Source: Anaeramoeba ignava BMAN (taxonomy: Eukaryota > Protista > Anaeramoebae). From it: a stretch of DNA of 64,000 nucleotides. A model generated the notes under the pieces. That model was not told the DNA's origin. It worked only from the letters and a program-made list of their open reading frames with translations, and ran no database searches. The position numbers were made by a program, and so were the translations under genes. Positions 11,861 through 26,330 of this stretch are shown here, piece after piece; the first letter of the stretch is position 1; the number at the start of each line of letters is the position of its first letter. The DNA lies in contig JAPDFW010000070.1 of assembly GCA_028826165.1 (NCBI GenBank), positions 248,001 to 312,000 of the forward strand, written 5' to 3'.

Positions 11861-14800
11861 TTATTTTTGTTGAGATTGTTGTTTTGGATGTGTTTGTTTA
11901 TGTTTTTGTTGTTTTTGTTTTTGTTTTTTCTTTTGATTCTTTTTATTCTTTTTATTCTTTTGTTTGTTTTGATTTTGATTTTGATTTTTCTTCTTATTTT
12001 TTTGATTTGGTTTTTGATTTTGATTTTGATTTGGTTTTTGATTTTGATTTTCATTTTGATTTTGATTTGGTTTTTGATTTGGTTTTTGATTTTGATTTTG
12101 ATTTTGATTTGGTTTTTGATTTTGATTTTCATTTTGATTTTGATTTTCATTTTGATTGTGATTGTGATTGTGATTGTGATTGTGATTGTGATTGTGATTT
12201 GAAATTTTATCCACTTTTTCAAAATTTAATGAAGGATTCATAATATTTGAATATAAATGTTGGCCAGTCAAAGTTTCCAAATTTTTCATTTGAGCAAAAT
12301 AAACACCATCTCTTAAATATTTTTCAATTAAAGCTTTGCTTTGTTGAACAGAAAAAGAATTAGGACCATCAATTTTGGATAAAATACTCAAAACTTTTTT
12401 TTCTGTTTCAATTGCTCGACGGAAATTAGTTTGTTCACTTAATAAAACTGATTGAATTCTTAAAGTGTTTGCGTATTGAAGAGAATTTTCACCGAATAAT
12501 TCAAGATTCAATTTCAAGGTTTTGTCCAGAATAACTGCACATTTTGGGAAGTCTCCTTTTTGAAGAAACGCATTCGCAATCACATTCATTGTTGCAATTG
12601 TTTCTGGGTTTTGAATACCCAAATAGAGTTTGTTCAAGGAAGCGACTCTGAAAAAATATTTCAAAGCCGAATCATAGTCTCCTTTGCGTTGATAAAGGGA
12701 TCCAAGAGCTGAATAATGCTGTACTGTATCTGGATGATCCACGCCAAGTAATCTTTCAAATAAAATCAATGCGTCCAATTCAAGTGTGATTGCTTGTGAT
12801 AAATCATTTCCAGCAGTCAGCATTGCCAAAAATGCAAAACATGAAGCAACATCAATATGGAAAGGTCCATAAACTCTATGAAGAAAAGTAAATGCTTGCT
12901 GAAATAAATGCAAGGTTGAAGAAAGTTGTCCTCGATTCATCTCTGTTTTTGCCGCATCAAATAAAGTTTTTCCTGCCATTGAATCAAATGAAGTGAATTT
13001 CGAAATTGGAAATATTCCTTTTATATCCTCAATTATAAACGGTTGTTCAATAGAAAAATCATATTCGCGAATTTTTAATTGAATTCCTGTTTTTTTGCAA
13101 ATGTTTTGAAGAAGTGAGAATTTGTTGATTTGGTTCATAATTTTCCATAAAGGTTGATTTTCTTTTTTATCATCATTTTCAGTTTTGGATTCCAAGTAAT
13201 TTTCGATATTGAATTTAAACTTGGTTTTCATCATTTCATGAAGTTCATTCCATAAAGAAATTTTAATATCTTTATTCTTTGATTCAGAATTATCAGCAAT
13301 TGATCCAAAAATTGTATTTAAAATATCAAGAATAGTTTTTCCAAGAAATCCTTCTTTAGTAGTTTTCATTGATTTATTCATAATTGTTTTCAAAGCGCGT
13401 GCAACAATTTCTGTTAAAACAATTTTGAAAAACGAAGGAAATGAGTGTGATTTTTGTGCAATTAAACAAAGATAACGGAAATTAATTCCTCTTTCATGCA
13501 TTTCTTTGCAAAGAGTTTCTCCACTTAAAATTGAGATGCTGTAGTCTTTAACCTGTTTCACAAAATTATCAATTATTTTGAGAAGGAAATTTGATGCTTC
13601 TTTGATGAGAGTTTTTTGTTTTTCATTTTCTTCTTTTTGGTTTTCTACATCTAGATTAACTTTTGTGAAGGTATCGATATTAAATTGGAGTATCTCTGGT
13701 CTTTTAATAACGAATTGAAATTTATCTTTTTCATTTTCAATTTTAATTTCATTTTCTTTCTCAATTTTAATTTCATTTTCATTTTCAATTTTAATTTCAT
13801 TTTCTTTTTCATTTTGATTTTCATTTTGATTTTCATTTTGATTTTCATTTTCATTTTCTTTCTCAATTTTAATTTCATTTTGATTTTCATTTTCAATTTT
13901 AATTTCATTTTGATTTTCATTTTCAATTTCATTTTCTTTTTAATTTTCATTTTCATTTTTATTTTCTTTTTTCAATTCTTGTAAATTTGAAATTTCTTTT
14001 TGATGCTTTTCAATCTGTTCTTGATAATACTCATTAATCTTAAACAAATTAAAACTTGCAACCAATTCATGACGAAGAACATAAGGATAATAATCATCTT
14101 TATTCAAATAATTAGCATCTCTAGGAGTCATTCTTCCAAGATCAATAAGATAATATCTTCCATCATCACCTTTTCCGCATTTAGTTTCAACAGAAGTAAT
14201 AACTTCATGAATTTCACCATTTTTATCCTTTATTGAATGAGGAAGTAAATTCAATTTCTTTGCATTTTTTTTTAGCATTTCATTGACATTTTTGTCAATT
14301 TTCATATTCACTCCAAAATCAAATGATCCTTGAATAACAAAATCTGGTGAACGCAAACCAGGTGGAATACATTGTGCTAAAATTCGATATCCTTTATAAT
14401 CAATTGAAGCTGTTAAAATTGTCCGTAAATCTGTTATTCCAAGATAGTTGAAATTCTTAATTGAATTGATATCGTTGTTTGTCACTATTCGAATTGATTT
14501 TTCTCCTCCAAGATTTCCGATAATTATCAAATGTTGTATCAGGAAATGAATAAAAAATTCCATTGTGAATAAAGATGTGAATATTTGGATCTTCTGTTTC
14601 TAAAGGTCTTAATCGATTTTCAATTATTGCACTTTATTATCCGCCAAAAAATATGAACAATTTTTAAATTTTAAATTTTAATTTTGAATTTAAATTTTAA
14701 TTTTTAATTTTGAATTTAAATTTTAATTTTAATTTTGAATTTAATTTTATTTTAATTTTAAATTTAATTTTAATTTTGAATTTTAATTTTATTTTTGATT

Positions 14801-17800
14801 TTATAAATGAATTTACATTGCTCCTTGTTCCGCTTCTTCAACAAAATCATGTGTAATTTTTGAAAGAATTGCATCTCTAAAAATTTGTTCTTCAATTGTT
14901 TTTTGTGGTAAATCAAGAGATTCTTGAAATTCTTGATTAAAATCTCTAAAATCTTTTGGACTTGCTTCAAATTTTTGTGTAGAAAAAATATCATATTCAT
15001 TCATTAGATAATCAGGAACTGTCCAAAGATCATTTCGAACTGAAAGATGTTCAAGTTCAAATGTTCTTGCTTTTTGGAGATATTCTTTTAATTGATTAAA
15101 AATTTTAACAAAAGATGGACTTATCTAAGAAAATAATATAAAATATAAATATTTTAATAAATATTATTTTAATAAATATTTTAATAAATATTTTAATAAA
15201 TATTTTAATAAATATTTTGATAAATATTATAATAAATATTTTAATAAATATTATAATAAATATTTTAATAATTAATATTTTAATAAATATTATAATAAAT
15301 ATTATAATAAATATTTTAATAAATATTTTAATAAATATTTTAATAAATATTTTAATAAATATTATAATAAATATTTTAATAAATATTATAATAAATATTT
15401 TAATAATTAATATTTTAATAAATATTATTTTAATAATTATTATTTTAATAAATATTATTTTTAATAAATATTATAATAAATATTTTAATAAATATTTTAA
15501 TAAATATTTTAATAAATATTTTAATAAATATTATAATAAATATTTTAATAAATATTATAATAAAATATTTTTTTAATAAATATTTTAATAAATATTATTT
15601 TAATAATTATTATTTTAATAAATATTATTTTAATAAATATTATTTTAATAAATATTATTTTAATAAATATTATTTTAATAAATATTATTTTAATAAATAT
15701 TATTTTAATAAATATTATTTTAATAAATATTATTTTAATAAATATTATTTTAATAAATATTTTAATAAATATTTTAATAAATATTATTTTAATAAATATT
15801 TTAATAAATATTATAATAAATATTTTAATAATTAATATTTTAATAAATATTATAATAAATATTTTAATAAATATTTTAATAAATATTTTAATAAATATTT
15901 TAATAAATATTTTGATAAATATTATAATAAATATTTTAATAAATATTATAATAAATATTTTAATAATTAATATTTTAATAAATATTATAATAAATATTAT
16001 AATAAATATTTTAATAAATATTTTAATAAATATTTTTAATAAATATTTTAATAAATATTATAATAAATATTTTAATAAATATTTTAATAAATATTTTAAT
16101 AAATATTTTAATAAATATTTTAATAAATATTATTTTAATAATTATTATTTTAATAAATATTATTTTAATAAATATTATTTTAATAAATATTATTTTAATA
16201 AATATTATTTTAATAAATATTATTTTAATAAATATTATTTTAATAAATATTATTTTAATAAATATTATTTTAATAAATATTATTTTAATAAATATTTTAA
16301 TAAATATTTTAATAAATATTATTTTAATAATTATTATTTTAATAATTATTATTTTAATAATTATTATTTTAATAAATATTATACCTCTATTAATAAACTA
16401 ACTAAACTTTCATAAATTTTATTCGTTTTTTTCGAAGGATCAAATTTAGAAATTGTTGAATTATTAATGAAAAATCCATTAGAATTAGCAGTTACAAAAA
16501 ATAATTGATTTTCTAATGTTTCAATTTCAAGATAAAAAAAATCACCAGAAAGAACTTGATGAGTTGGAGGAGGATTCCAACCACTTAATTTTAAAAATTT
16601 AATCCATTTCTGATGTTTAATTGATTTCAAATATTCACTAGGATATAAAGCATTTAATGAAGTTGTGTCTGATCCAAAAAAATCATTCACAATTTCTTGA
16701 AAATTTAATTGAATTTTTTTGTTTTTTTGATCTTGTGAATTTTGTTTTGAAATTTGAAATTCAAATTGTGATTTAATTTCAATTTCTTTAATAAATCTTG
16801 CCAAAGAAGGAGACCATAATTTTTCTTTGAAAGGATTTGAAAAAAAATCAAAATATCGTTTTGTTTCAAGAATATGTTCTGTTGAAGTTTTTAATGAATA
16901 TGTTAAATTTTTCAAAAATAATTCAGTTGGAATTTCTGGATTTGAAATATCATTAATAATTTCACTTAAAGGTGTATTAAATTGTATTATTTTTCCTTCT
17001 TTAGTTGTTATTTGATAGTTTGTTATATAGAAAGTTTCTGGGTTTGAATGTAAATGGTTAAATAAATCTCCTCCTTGTTCATTTTCAAGATGATCAAGAA
17101 TAATTTCTCTTTTTGGAATTTTTGAGTTTTCTTCTGGTATTTGAATTTTTATTTTATATATTTTTAACATTGGTTGTTCTGTTTCATTTTGATTTTCTAT
17201 TTCTTTTTCTTTTTCTTTTTCTTTTTCTTTTTCTTTTTCTTTTCTTTTCATTTTGATTTTGATTTTGATTTTGATTTTCATTTTGATTTTGATTTAAATT
17301 TTGATTTTCATTTTCATTTTGATTTTCATTTTCATTTTGATTTTCATTTTGATTTTGATTTAAATTTTGATTTTGATTTTCATTTTGATTTTGATTTTGA
17401 TTTAAATTTTGATTTTGATTTTGATTTTGATTTTGATTTTGATTTTCATTTTGAGTTTGATTTAAATTTTGATTTTGATTTTGATTTAAATTTTCATTTT
17501 CATTTTGATTTTGATTTTGATTTTGATTTTGATTTTGATTTTCATTTTCATTTTGATTTTGATTTTCATTTTGATTTTCATTTTGATTTTGATTTTCATT
17601 TTGATTTTTATTTTGATTTTGATTTTCATTTTCATTTTGATTTTCATTTTGATTTTGATTTTCATTTTGATTTTGATTTAAATTTTGATTTTGATTTTGA
17701 TTTTGATTTTGATTTTGATTTAAATTTTCATTTTCATTTTCATTTTGATTTTCATTTTCATTTTCATTTTCATTTTGATTTTGATTTTGATTTTGATTTT

Positions 17801-17903
17801 GATTTTGATTTTGATTTTGATTTTCATTTTCATTTTGATTTTGATTTTGATTTTGATTTTCATTTTCATTATCATTTTGATTTAAAGTTTGTTCAGAATT
17901 CAT
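11861..17903 (-). CDS. CLU1: Clustered mitochondria protein (CLU/Clueless/TIF31) with TPR C-terminus. Exons 17903-16385, 15124-14817, 14631-11861.
   Basis: Motifs LSGWNPPP..GDFFYLEIETLE, RDFNQEFQ, IDYKGYRILAQCIPPG, GDDGRYYLIDLGRMTPRDANY, MHERGINFRYL and GxxHPD-type TPRs. GT-AG introns 16384-15125 and 14816-14632 restore the frame. Short homopolymer frameshifts near 17245, 14516 and 13943. N-terminal Asn/Gln/Glu tract. Confidence 0.88.
15125..16384 (-). repeat. 1.26-kb intron made of 12-15 bp A/T-only tandem repeats (ttttaataaata)
   Basis: Directly visible and bounded by GT/AG that join SLLIE|ISPSF in frame. Confidence 0.9.
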
Positions 17904-18233
17904 TTTTATTATTTCCAAAAAAAAGAGAGAAATGAAAAAAAAATGAAATTTTAAAAAAGAAAAATAAATTTTTTTTTTAATTTAATTTTAATTAAAATGA
18001 GTTGGAAAAAAAAATTTTTTTGAGTAATTTCTAAATAATTATTATTAATAATTATTATTTTTTAATAAAATTGAAATTTTTAATTTTTTTTTAATTTTTG
18101 ATGGTTATTTTTTATTAATTAAGATTATTTTTGGAAAAGGAAAAAGAAAAGAAAAAGCAAAAGAAAAAGCAAAAGAAAAAGCAAAAAATAAAATGTTGTT
18201 TTTTTTTTGATTGAAATTAAGAAAAAAATCAAA

Positions 18234-18544
18234 TTAAAATTGGTCAACTAAATTCTTTTTAAATTCTTCAAAAGAGATTTTTCCATCTCCATCTTCATCT
18301 GCAATTTTCATTAATTCTTGGACTTCTTGATCAGTTACTTTATCATTAAGTTCAGTCATTAATTGTTTAAGCTCATCATAATCGATAAAACCATTTCCAT
18401 CCTTTTTAATAAATTTAATATAAAATTTTATTTTTAATATTAAAAAATTTTTTTTTTGCAATTTTAAATATAGATTTTAAAAGAATTTACAAGATCAATC
18501 ACGTCAAAAGCTTTTTTCATTTTTTTTTCTGTTGGTGGATCCAT
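18234..18544 (-). CDS. Small 2-EF-hand calmodulin-like protein (about 73 aa). Exons 18544-18491 and 18401-18234.
   Basis: MDPPTEKKMKKAFDVIDL|DGNGFIDYDEL...DEDGDGKISFEEF gives two canonical EF loops. Probable 5'UTR intron near 18627-18550. Confidence 0.88.
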
Positions 18545-18866
18545 TGTTCTAAATAAAAATAAAAAGAAAAAATTATTTTAAATTTTTTTTTTGCTTTTTT
18601 TATTTTTATTTTTATTTTTTAATTTACTTTTTGTGTTTTGTGTTTTTTTGTTTTAATAAAGAAAAAAATGAAAAAATTAAATTTAAAAAAAAAATAAAAA
18701 TAAAAAATAATTTTAACTAATTTTGAGTCATTTTTTGGAAATTAAATTTAAAAAGCAAAAAAAAAAATTTGGATTAAAAAAATTCCTTTTTCTTATTCTT
18801 TTTCTTTTCTTATTCTTTTTCTTATTCTTATTCTTATTCTTATTCTTATTCTTATTCTTTCTGTTT

Positions 18867-21394
18867 TTAATCTTTCTTTTCTTCTTGATAAATATTTTTT
18901 ATCAATTCAATAATTTTTTTGTAAACTTTTTCTGGAGCATTCATTCCTAAAACATAACTAAAAAAATTATTTATATTTTAAATTAGATTTTTATTCCAAT
19001 TTTTATTCATATTTTTATTCCAATTTTTATTCCAATATTTATTTAAATTTTTATTTAAATTTTTATTCCAATTTATATTTATATTTTTATTCCAATTTAT
19101 ATTTATATTTTTATTTATATTTTTATTTAAATTTTTATTTAAATTTTTATTCCAATTTTTATTCCAATTTTTATTCCAATATTTATTTAAATTTTTATTT
19201 AAATTTTTATTCCAATTTTTATTCCAATTTATATTTATATTTTTATTTAAATTTTTATTTAAATTTTTATTCAAATTTTTATTCCAATTTTTATTTAAAT
19301 ATTTATTCCAATTTTTATTTAAATTTTTATTTAAATTTTTATTCTAATTTTTATTCCAATTTTTATTTAAATTTTTATTTAAATTTATATTTTTATTTAT
19401 ATTTAAATTTATTCAAATTTTTATTCCAATTTTTATTCCAATTTTTATTCCAATATTTATTCCAATTTTTATTTATATTTTAAATTAGATTTTTATTCAA
19501 ATATTTATTCCAATATTTATTCCAATTTTTATTTATATTTTTATTTATATTTTTATTTATATTTTCAATTTTTATTTATATTTTCAATTTTTATTTATAT
19601 TTTTATATTTAAATTTATATTATTTATACTCCATATGCCCAAAATCTTTATCTCTTTGTGTATAAAATGGTTTGAACTTTAAAGTTTTCAATAATAATTC
19701 AACATCTTTTAAATCTGCTAAACGATCTTGATCTCCATAAAACAACACAATTTTTGGATTTCCTTCTTCAAGTAAACTTAAATCAAAAGAAGGAGGATTT
19801 TTGAAATTAACTTTCTTTTTTCGATCCAAATCCATTTCACAATATTCACTTTCAGAATAATGAAGTTTATTTGTTTTGGAACTTCCATAATCAAAACGAT
19901 GAAACCGTTTTTTTCGAATTTCAAATGCCCATTGTCTTAGATTCATAATTGAAGTATCTCCACCCAAATATTTAGAATATAAAGGAAGATTTTTTGGATC
20001 AATTTGTGAACCATCCAAAAATTTCAAAAGTCCTGATACTGCTTTGGAAACGTTTGTTTTACTTGATTTCAATTCTGCAAATTTTCTTAACAATGGTGCA
20101 TGTGTATCCACTTTTCGAATACCCATTTTCATTAACAAGAAATCTGTGTTAAATGATGCAAGATTAATTAACAAAGCATTCCCAACATTTCCAACATAAC
20201 AAACCGGTGCTAATGCAATAAACATTTCCAATTTATCCGAAATATCAAAATATTCTTTATCACTTTTTGCTTGGATTTTGTCTTTTATTTTCTTAACAAA
20301 TTCCTGATCAACTTCAATAATTCTCCCAATTTTTTTTCCATCAATTTTTTCCTCCTCAATATTTTCAGTTATTTCATCAGGAAGAAGTTCAATTTCACCA
20401 TGTGAATTTGGGTCTTGATTCAATAATTCATTTGAATCATTTTCATCCAAATTAATTTCATTTGAATCATTTTTTTCTAAATTGATTTCATTTGAATCAC
20501 TTTTTTCCAAATTGATTTCAGTTGAATCACTTTTTTCTAAATTAATTTCATTTGAATCATTTTCCAAATTGATTTCATTTGAATCACTTTTTTCCAAATT
20601 AATTTCAGTTGAATCACTTTCTTTTCCTTTATTTTGATTTTCCCAATAATTGGTTAATTTCCTTTTTTTATCTAAACAAAGTGCTCCAAACATTTGTGAT
20701 GTTCCTTGACTATGTCCAATATAACAAATTTTAGAAAATTCAGTAAATTCAAGAACATAATTCAGATTTGCAGGCACATCAAATTCTGCCATATGTTGCC
20801 AACCAAAAGACCAATAAGCATCTTTTCTTTCTGTATATTTTTTATGTCCAACACTAAATCCATTAACTCTTGAATTTCCAATAAAGACATGATAGCTGTC
20901 AAAAAATAAAATATAAAAAATTAAAAAATAAAAATAAAAGTGGATCAAAAAAGGTGAATAAAAAAATGTCAAAAAAAAAAAAGCAAAAAATTGTTTTGTT
21001 TTTTTTTCTTTCTTTTTTAATTACCCTTCATCTGCAAGAAGAAATGAAATTGCTTTTTTTGGTCCATCAAGAACTGAAGAAAAACATGAATCAAAAAGTC
21101 CATGTTGAAAGAAAACTGGTGGTTTTGTTTTGAATTGTTTAAATGGTGGTGGAACGTCTTCATTTACTATTGAAAAAAGACAAAGTTCATAATCATCTTT
21201 TGTATCAATTTCATGTTTCATAATTGAATATCCATGATTGCTATTTTGTTTTGTTTATTTATTTTGAATAAAAATTACTTTTATTTTTTGTTTTTATTTT
21301 TATTTTGGATTAGTTTTGTTTTTTACATAACAAATTGCATAAAATTTTGTTGTCTTTGTTCAGCTGCTTTTTGTTCTATTGATTTTTCTTCCAT
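18867..21394 (-). CDS. Acid (lysosomal/gastric-type) lipase, alpha/beta hydrolase. Exons 21394-21327, 21240-21025, 20895-19630, 18957-18867.
   Basis: HEIDTKDDYEL, VFFQHGL, LADEG|YHVFIGNSR, MAEFDVPA, GHSQG nucleophile, FIALAPV, GDQDRLAD, FGHMD|YVLG. All introns are GT-AG. Confidence 0.9.
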
Positions 21395-21507
21395 TTTTTT
21401 TTTTAATTTTAGTTTTTTATTGTTAAAAAAAAATGAAAAATCAAAAATCAAAATTATTTTTTTTTTCATTTTTTTTCTTTTATTTTTTCAAATAATAAAA
21501 TATAAAA

Positions 21508-22777
21508 ATGAATATTAAACAAGTATTTCTCAAGTTTTATCAAATTCTTCATCAAGAAAAAATGTATTTATTTAATTAATTAATAATTTAATAATTATTT
21601 ATAAATTCTTTTTTTTATATATAAAAGAAATGAATGGGGAATTATTGATAAACAAGATTTCCCAAATTTAAATTTTGATCCCTTTTATTTAGAAACTAAA
21701 AAACTTGGAATTCCTTTAGAAATTATGACTTCTATTCATCTTTATGCAACAAAAAAACTTATTAAATTTAAAACAATAAATGAAAAATCTTCAAATGATA
21801 AAAAATTACAAAAAATTGATCAAATAACACTTGCAATTATGTTTTTTAATCCGTTAAATTATACTGCTTTTAATTGGAGAAGAAAATTACTTCTTGCAAG
21901 AAAAATTAATTTGAAAAAGGAATTGAAAATAAATAAAATATGTTTAACAAAAGATCCAAAAAGATCTGAATTATGGATATTTCGAAAATGGATGATCTTA
22001 AATTTTATATTGAATAATCCAAATGATTTGGATTTACAACAATTTATCTTGAAAGAACTCAATTTGTCTGGTTATTGCTCAGAAATTTATCCAAGAAATT
22101 ATCATTCTTGGACTTACAGAAATTGGATTTCAAAGCATCTCTCAATTCCAAATTTAATCCATCAAGAACTCAATCAAAATATGAAAAATTGGATCCAATC
22201 CCATGTTTCTGATTATTCAGGAATGAATCACAGGCAATCAATTATAAACTGGGTTTTCCTTCAAGAAAATTCTTCTCTTGAAACCAAAAACGCAATTCTT
22301 ATTGACGAAATTAATTTGAACCACAATTTATTGATTCAATTTCCTGAACATGAATCTTTATGGCATCATCGCAAATTTCTTTTCTTGAAATTTTTGAATA
22401 TTAATCAAATTCAATTCAATCAATTTCTCATTGAAAATCAATCAGTTTCCAAAAATTTTGATAAAGATACAATTGCGATTTATATTGAAAAGGATATTTT
22501 CAATCAAAAAGAATTTATTCATTTAGACAAAGTTATTCAAAATGAAATTGTATTAGTTGATTATTGTCAAAATTTAATAAATAATTCTCAATTCCAAAAT
22601 TCTAAAGCAGATTTGCCCATTTCTTATTTGATTTGGGTTTCTCAATTTGTTGTTTTGAAAATGAAGGATTTGAATTTAATTGGATTTGATGAAATTTTAA
22701 AACTAATCAACAAAAAAATGGAAAAATTCCCAAATCCAAAAATTTATTGGAATTCTTTTACTTTTGAAAAGAAATAA
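21508..22777 (+). CDS. PTAR1: Protein prenyltransferase alpha-subunit repeat protein (PTAR1 / GGTase-III alpha-like). Exons 21508-21563 and 21628-22777.
   Basis: PPTA repeats NPLNYTAFNWRRK, PKRSELWIFRKW, YPRNYHSWTYR, HVSDYSGMNHRQ and FPEHESLWHHRK. N-terminal INEWGII...KLGI resembles PTAR1. Confidence 0.8.
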
Positions 22778-22817
22778 AAATAAAAATCAAAATCAAAATC
22801 AAAATCAAAAATGAAAG

Positions 22818-23367
22818 AAGAATTGATTTAATTTAATATTTAATTTATAAATTAATTTAAAAATATAATTTAATATTTAATTTTATTATTAAAATAATAA
22901 TTTAATGTTTTAGATTTAAATATTTTATTATTTAAATATTTAACATATAAATATAAAAAATAAGAATAGATTTAATTTAATATTTAATTTATAAATTAAT
23001 TTAAAAATATAATTTAATATTTAATTTTATTATTAAAATAATAATTTAATGTTTTAGATTTAAATATTTTATTATTTAAATATTTAACATATAAATATAA
23101 AAAATAAGAATAGATTTAATTTAATATTTAATTTATAAATTAATTTAAAAATATAATTTAATATTTAATTTTATTATTAAAATAATAATTTAATGTTTTA
23201 GATTTAAATATTTTATTATTTAAATATTTAACATATAAATATAAAAAATAAGAATAGATTTAATTTAATATTTAATTTATAAATTAATTTAAAAATATAA
23301 TTTAATATTTAATTTTATTATTAAAATAATAATTTAATGTTTTAGATTTAAATATTTTATTATTTAA
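22818..23367. repeat. 144-bp tandem repeat (about 3.8 units), family A
   Basis: The unit start aagaat(a/t)gattt recurs at 22818, 22962, 23106 and 23250. Confidence 0.95.
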
Positions 23368-23771
23368 AAATATTTTGAAAATTGATTTTTTTGAAATTAA
23401 AATTTTATCTTTTTTTTTGAATTAAATTGAATTAATATTAATTTGGAAATTTGTTTTTAAAATTTAAATTTATTAATAATTTTTAAATTCCAAAAAAAAA
23501 ATTAAATTAAAAATTAAATTAAAATAATTTTCCTTTTTTTTTAATAATAAAAAATTAATAAAAAATAATAATAATTTATTAATAAATTAATTTAAAATAA
23601 TAAATTAAAAAGAAAATTAAATTAATTATTAATTTAAATTTATTCTTATTTTTTATATTTTTATTTATTTTCAAAATCCTTTTTTTTATTCATTTTTAAA
23701 TTTTTCATTTTTCCTTTTTTAAAAAAAAAAAACAAAAACAAAAAACAACAAAAAACAAAAACAAAAACAAA

Positions 23772-25517
23772 ATGGATAATAATAATAATAACCAAATTGA
23801 AAATGCAAATCAAAATGAAAATCAAAATGAAAATGAAATGAAAAATTTAGAAAAAAAAGTAACAAAAAATTTAATTAAAAATTATTCAAACCTTTTAAAT
23901 GGAAATTCATTTAAAGATTTTTCAATTTTTGTTGAGAATAAATCAAATCCTTTTGAAATTAAAGTTCATAAATCAATTTTATCTTCAAGATCTCCTTTTT
24001 TTAATGAATCATTAAGGCAAGAATCTCTTTCTATTTCTTTAAATCAATTTAATAAAAAAGAAATGGAATCAATTTTGAGTTATATTTATTATGGAAATAT
24101 TTCTTTTGAGAATCAAGAAAATCTTATCCAATTATTGGAAATTTCAATTTATTTTAAATTAAATTTATTGAAAGAAATTATTCAAAAAAAAATTTCAAAT
24201 TCAATTAATTATTCAAATTTTTTCCAATTTTTATTCCAAAATCGAAATTTAAATTCAAATGAAATTGAAATAAAATGTTTTGAATTAATAAATCAAAATT
24301 TTTCCCAAATTCAAAATAATGAGAATTTATTCAATTTAACTAAAGAAGAAATTATCAAATTTATTCAATTTAAACAAGAAAAAAAAGAAATTTTTCAATT
24401 TGATTTTTTTCAATTTTTAAATAATTGGATTGAAAAAAGAAATCAAAGATTAAAAGGAAAGAAAGAAAAAGAAAAAGAAAAAGAAAAAGAAAAAGAAAAA
24501 GAAAAGGGAATTGAAAAGAAAAGATTATTTCATTCTTTTTTTTCATTATTTGATAAAGATTCAATTTCAAAACAAGATTTTGATAAATTAAAACAATTTG
24601 ATTTTTTTCCCAAATCTTTTTTAGTTGATATTCAAAACAAAGTTATTCAAGATAATCAAAAAGAAATTGAAAACAAAGAAAAGGAAATTGAAAAGAATCA
24701 AACAAAGAAATTGAAGAGAAATGGAAGAAAGAAATTGAAGATAAAGAGAAAGAAAATCAACAAATGAAAATTGAAATTGAAGAGAAATGGAAGAAAGAAG
24801 TTGAAAACAAAGAGAAAGAAAATCAACAAATGAAAATTGAAATTGAAGAGAAATGGAAGAAAGAAGTTGAAAATAAAAACAAAGAAATTGAAGAGAAATG
24901 GAAGAAAGAAGTTGATAAAATGAAAGAAGAAAATGATAAAATGAAACCTATTTTTGATGAATATGAAAAAGAATTTGAAATCCAAAAGAAATTGGAACCA
25001 ATCAAAAAGAATTTTCCTCAATTTTCAGAAACAAGAATTATTACAGAAGAAGAATATGTTAAGAAATTACAAGAATGGATAAATGATAATGATTTTTTTT
25101 CTAAAATGAAAAAAGGATTTTCAGCAAAAAGAGATGGATTTAATTCTCAAAATTGGCATAAAGCAGTTGATGGGAAAGGAAAAACATTAGTTATTATCAA
25201 AACAAAACAAAATTTTATTTTTGGAGGTTTTACTCAAGTTGGATTTAAATATTCACAAAATGGAATACATTAATGATTCAAATGCATTTATTTTTTCATT
25301 AAGAAATGATAAAGGGGATAGAATACCTGCAAAGTTTACACTTTGGTATTAATGGTGATTTTTATTTATCTTCTAATTTACAACCTGGTTGGTCAAATTT
25401 TGGTTATAGTTATAATCCACCTAATGGAATTACTTATGAACAAATGAAGCTAAAAGTTATTTAGCTGGTTCTTATAATAAATGGGTTGTTGATGAAGTTG
25501 AATCTTATTTCATTTAA
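23772..25517 (+). pseudogene. BTB + coiled-coil + TLDc protein, copy 1 (frameshifts and a deletion in TLDc, intronless)
   Basis: BTB IKVHKSILSSRSPFF, 22-aa repeats EIEEKWKKEVENKEKENQQMKI, TLDc GKTLVIIKT..FIFGGFT, NAFIFSL and YLAGSYNKWVVDEVESYFI*. Frameshifts near 24697, 25264 and 25440; deletion after KFT near 25340. Confidence 0.8.
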
Positions 25518-25989
25518 AAATTAATTAATAATAAGAAAATCAAACTTTTTTTTTTAATTTTTTTTTTCAAAATTTAATTCAATTTTAATTTACTTTTAAT
25601 CAAATTAATTTCTTTAAAATAATAAATAAGAAACAAATTTAATTTTAAATAATTTAATTTTAATTTAAAATATTTATTAAAAATTTAATTAATAAAAAAT
25701 AATCCAAAAAAAAAATAATAAATTTTAAAAAATTGAATATTTTTAATATAATAAATAAAAATAAAAATTGAAAATAGAAATTAATAATAATTAAATTTAA
25801 ATTCATTAATTAAAATATTAAAATAAAAAAAATCAAATAAAATTTATTATTAATTAATATTTAAATATTAATAAATTATAATCAAAATCAAAAAATAGAA
25901 TAATTAGTAAATTATTTTTTTAGAAAGTTTATCTTATTCAATCATGTTAAATTCAATTTATTTAAAATTTTTTAATTTTTTAATTTTAT

Positions 25990-26318
25990 TTTTTAATATA
26001 TTTTATTATAATTAAAATTGGAATAATAAATAATCAAAAATATTAATATAATAAATAAAAATATTATATCAAATTAAAATAAAATAAATTTAAATTAAAT
26101 TATTATTAAATATTATTAAAATTAAATATTTATCTTTATTAAAATATTTATTCCACTTTTTTAATATATTTTATTATAATTAAAATTGGAATAATAAATA
26201 ATTAAAAATATTAATATAATAAATAAAAATATTATATTAAATTAAAATAAAATAAATTTAAATTAAATTATTATTAAATATTATTAAAATTAAATATTTA
26301 TCTTTATTAAAATATTTC
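25990..26318. repeat. About 168-bp AT-rich tandem duplication (2 units)
   Basis: ttttaatatattttattataattaaaattggaataataaataat occurs near 25991 and 26159. Confidence 0.8.
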
Positions 26319-26330
26319 AATTTTCTTCTC

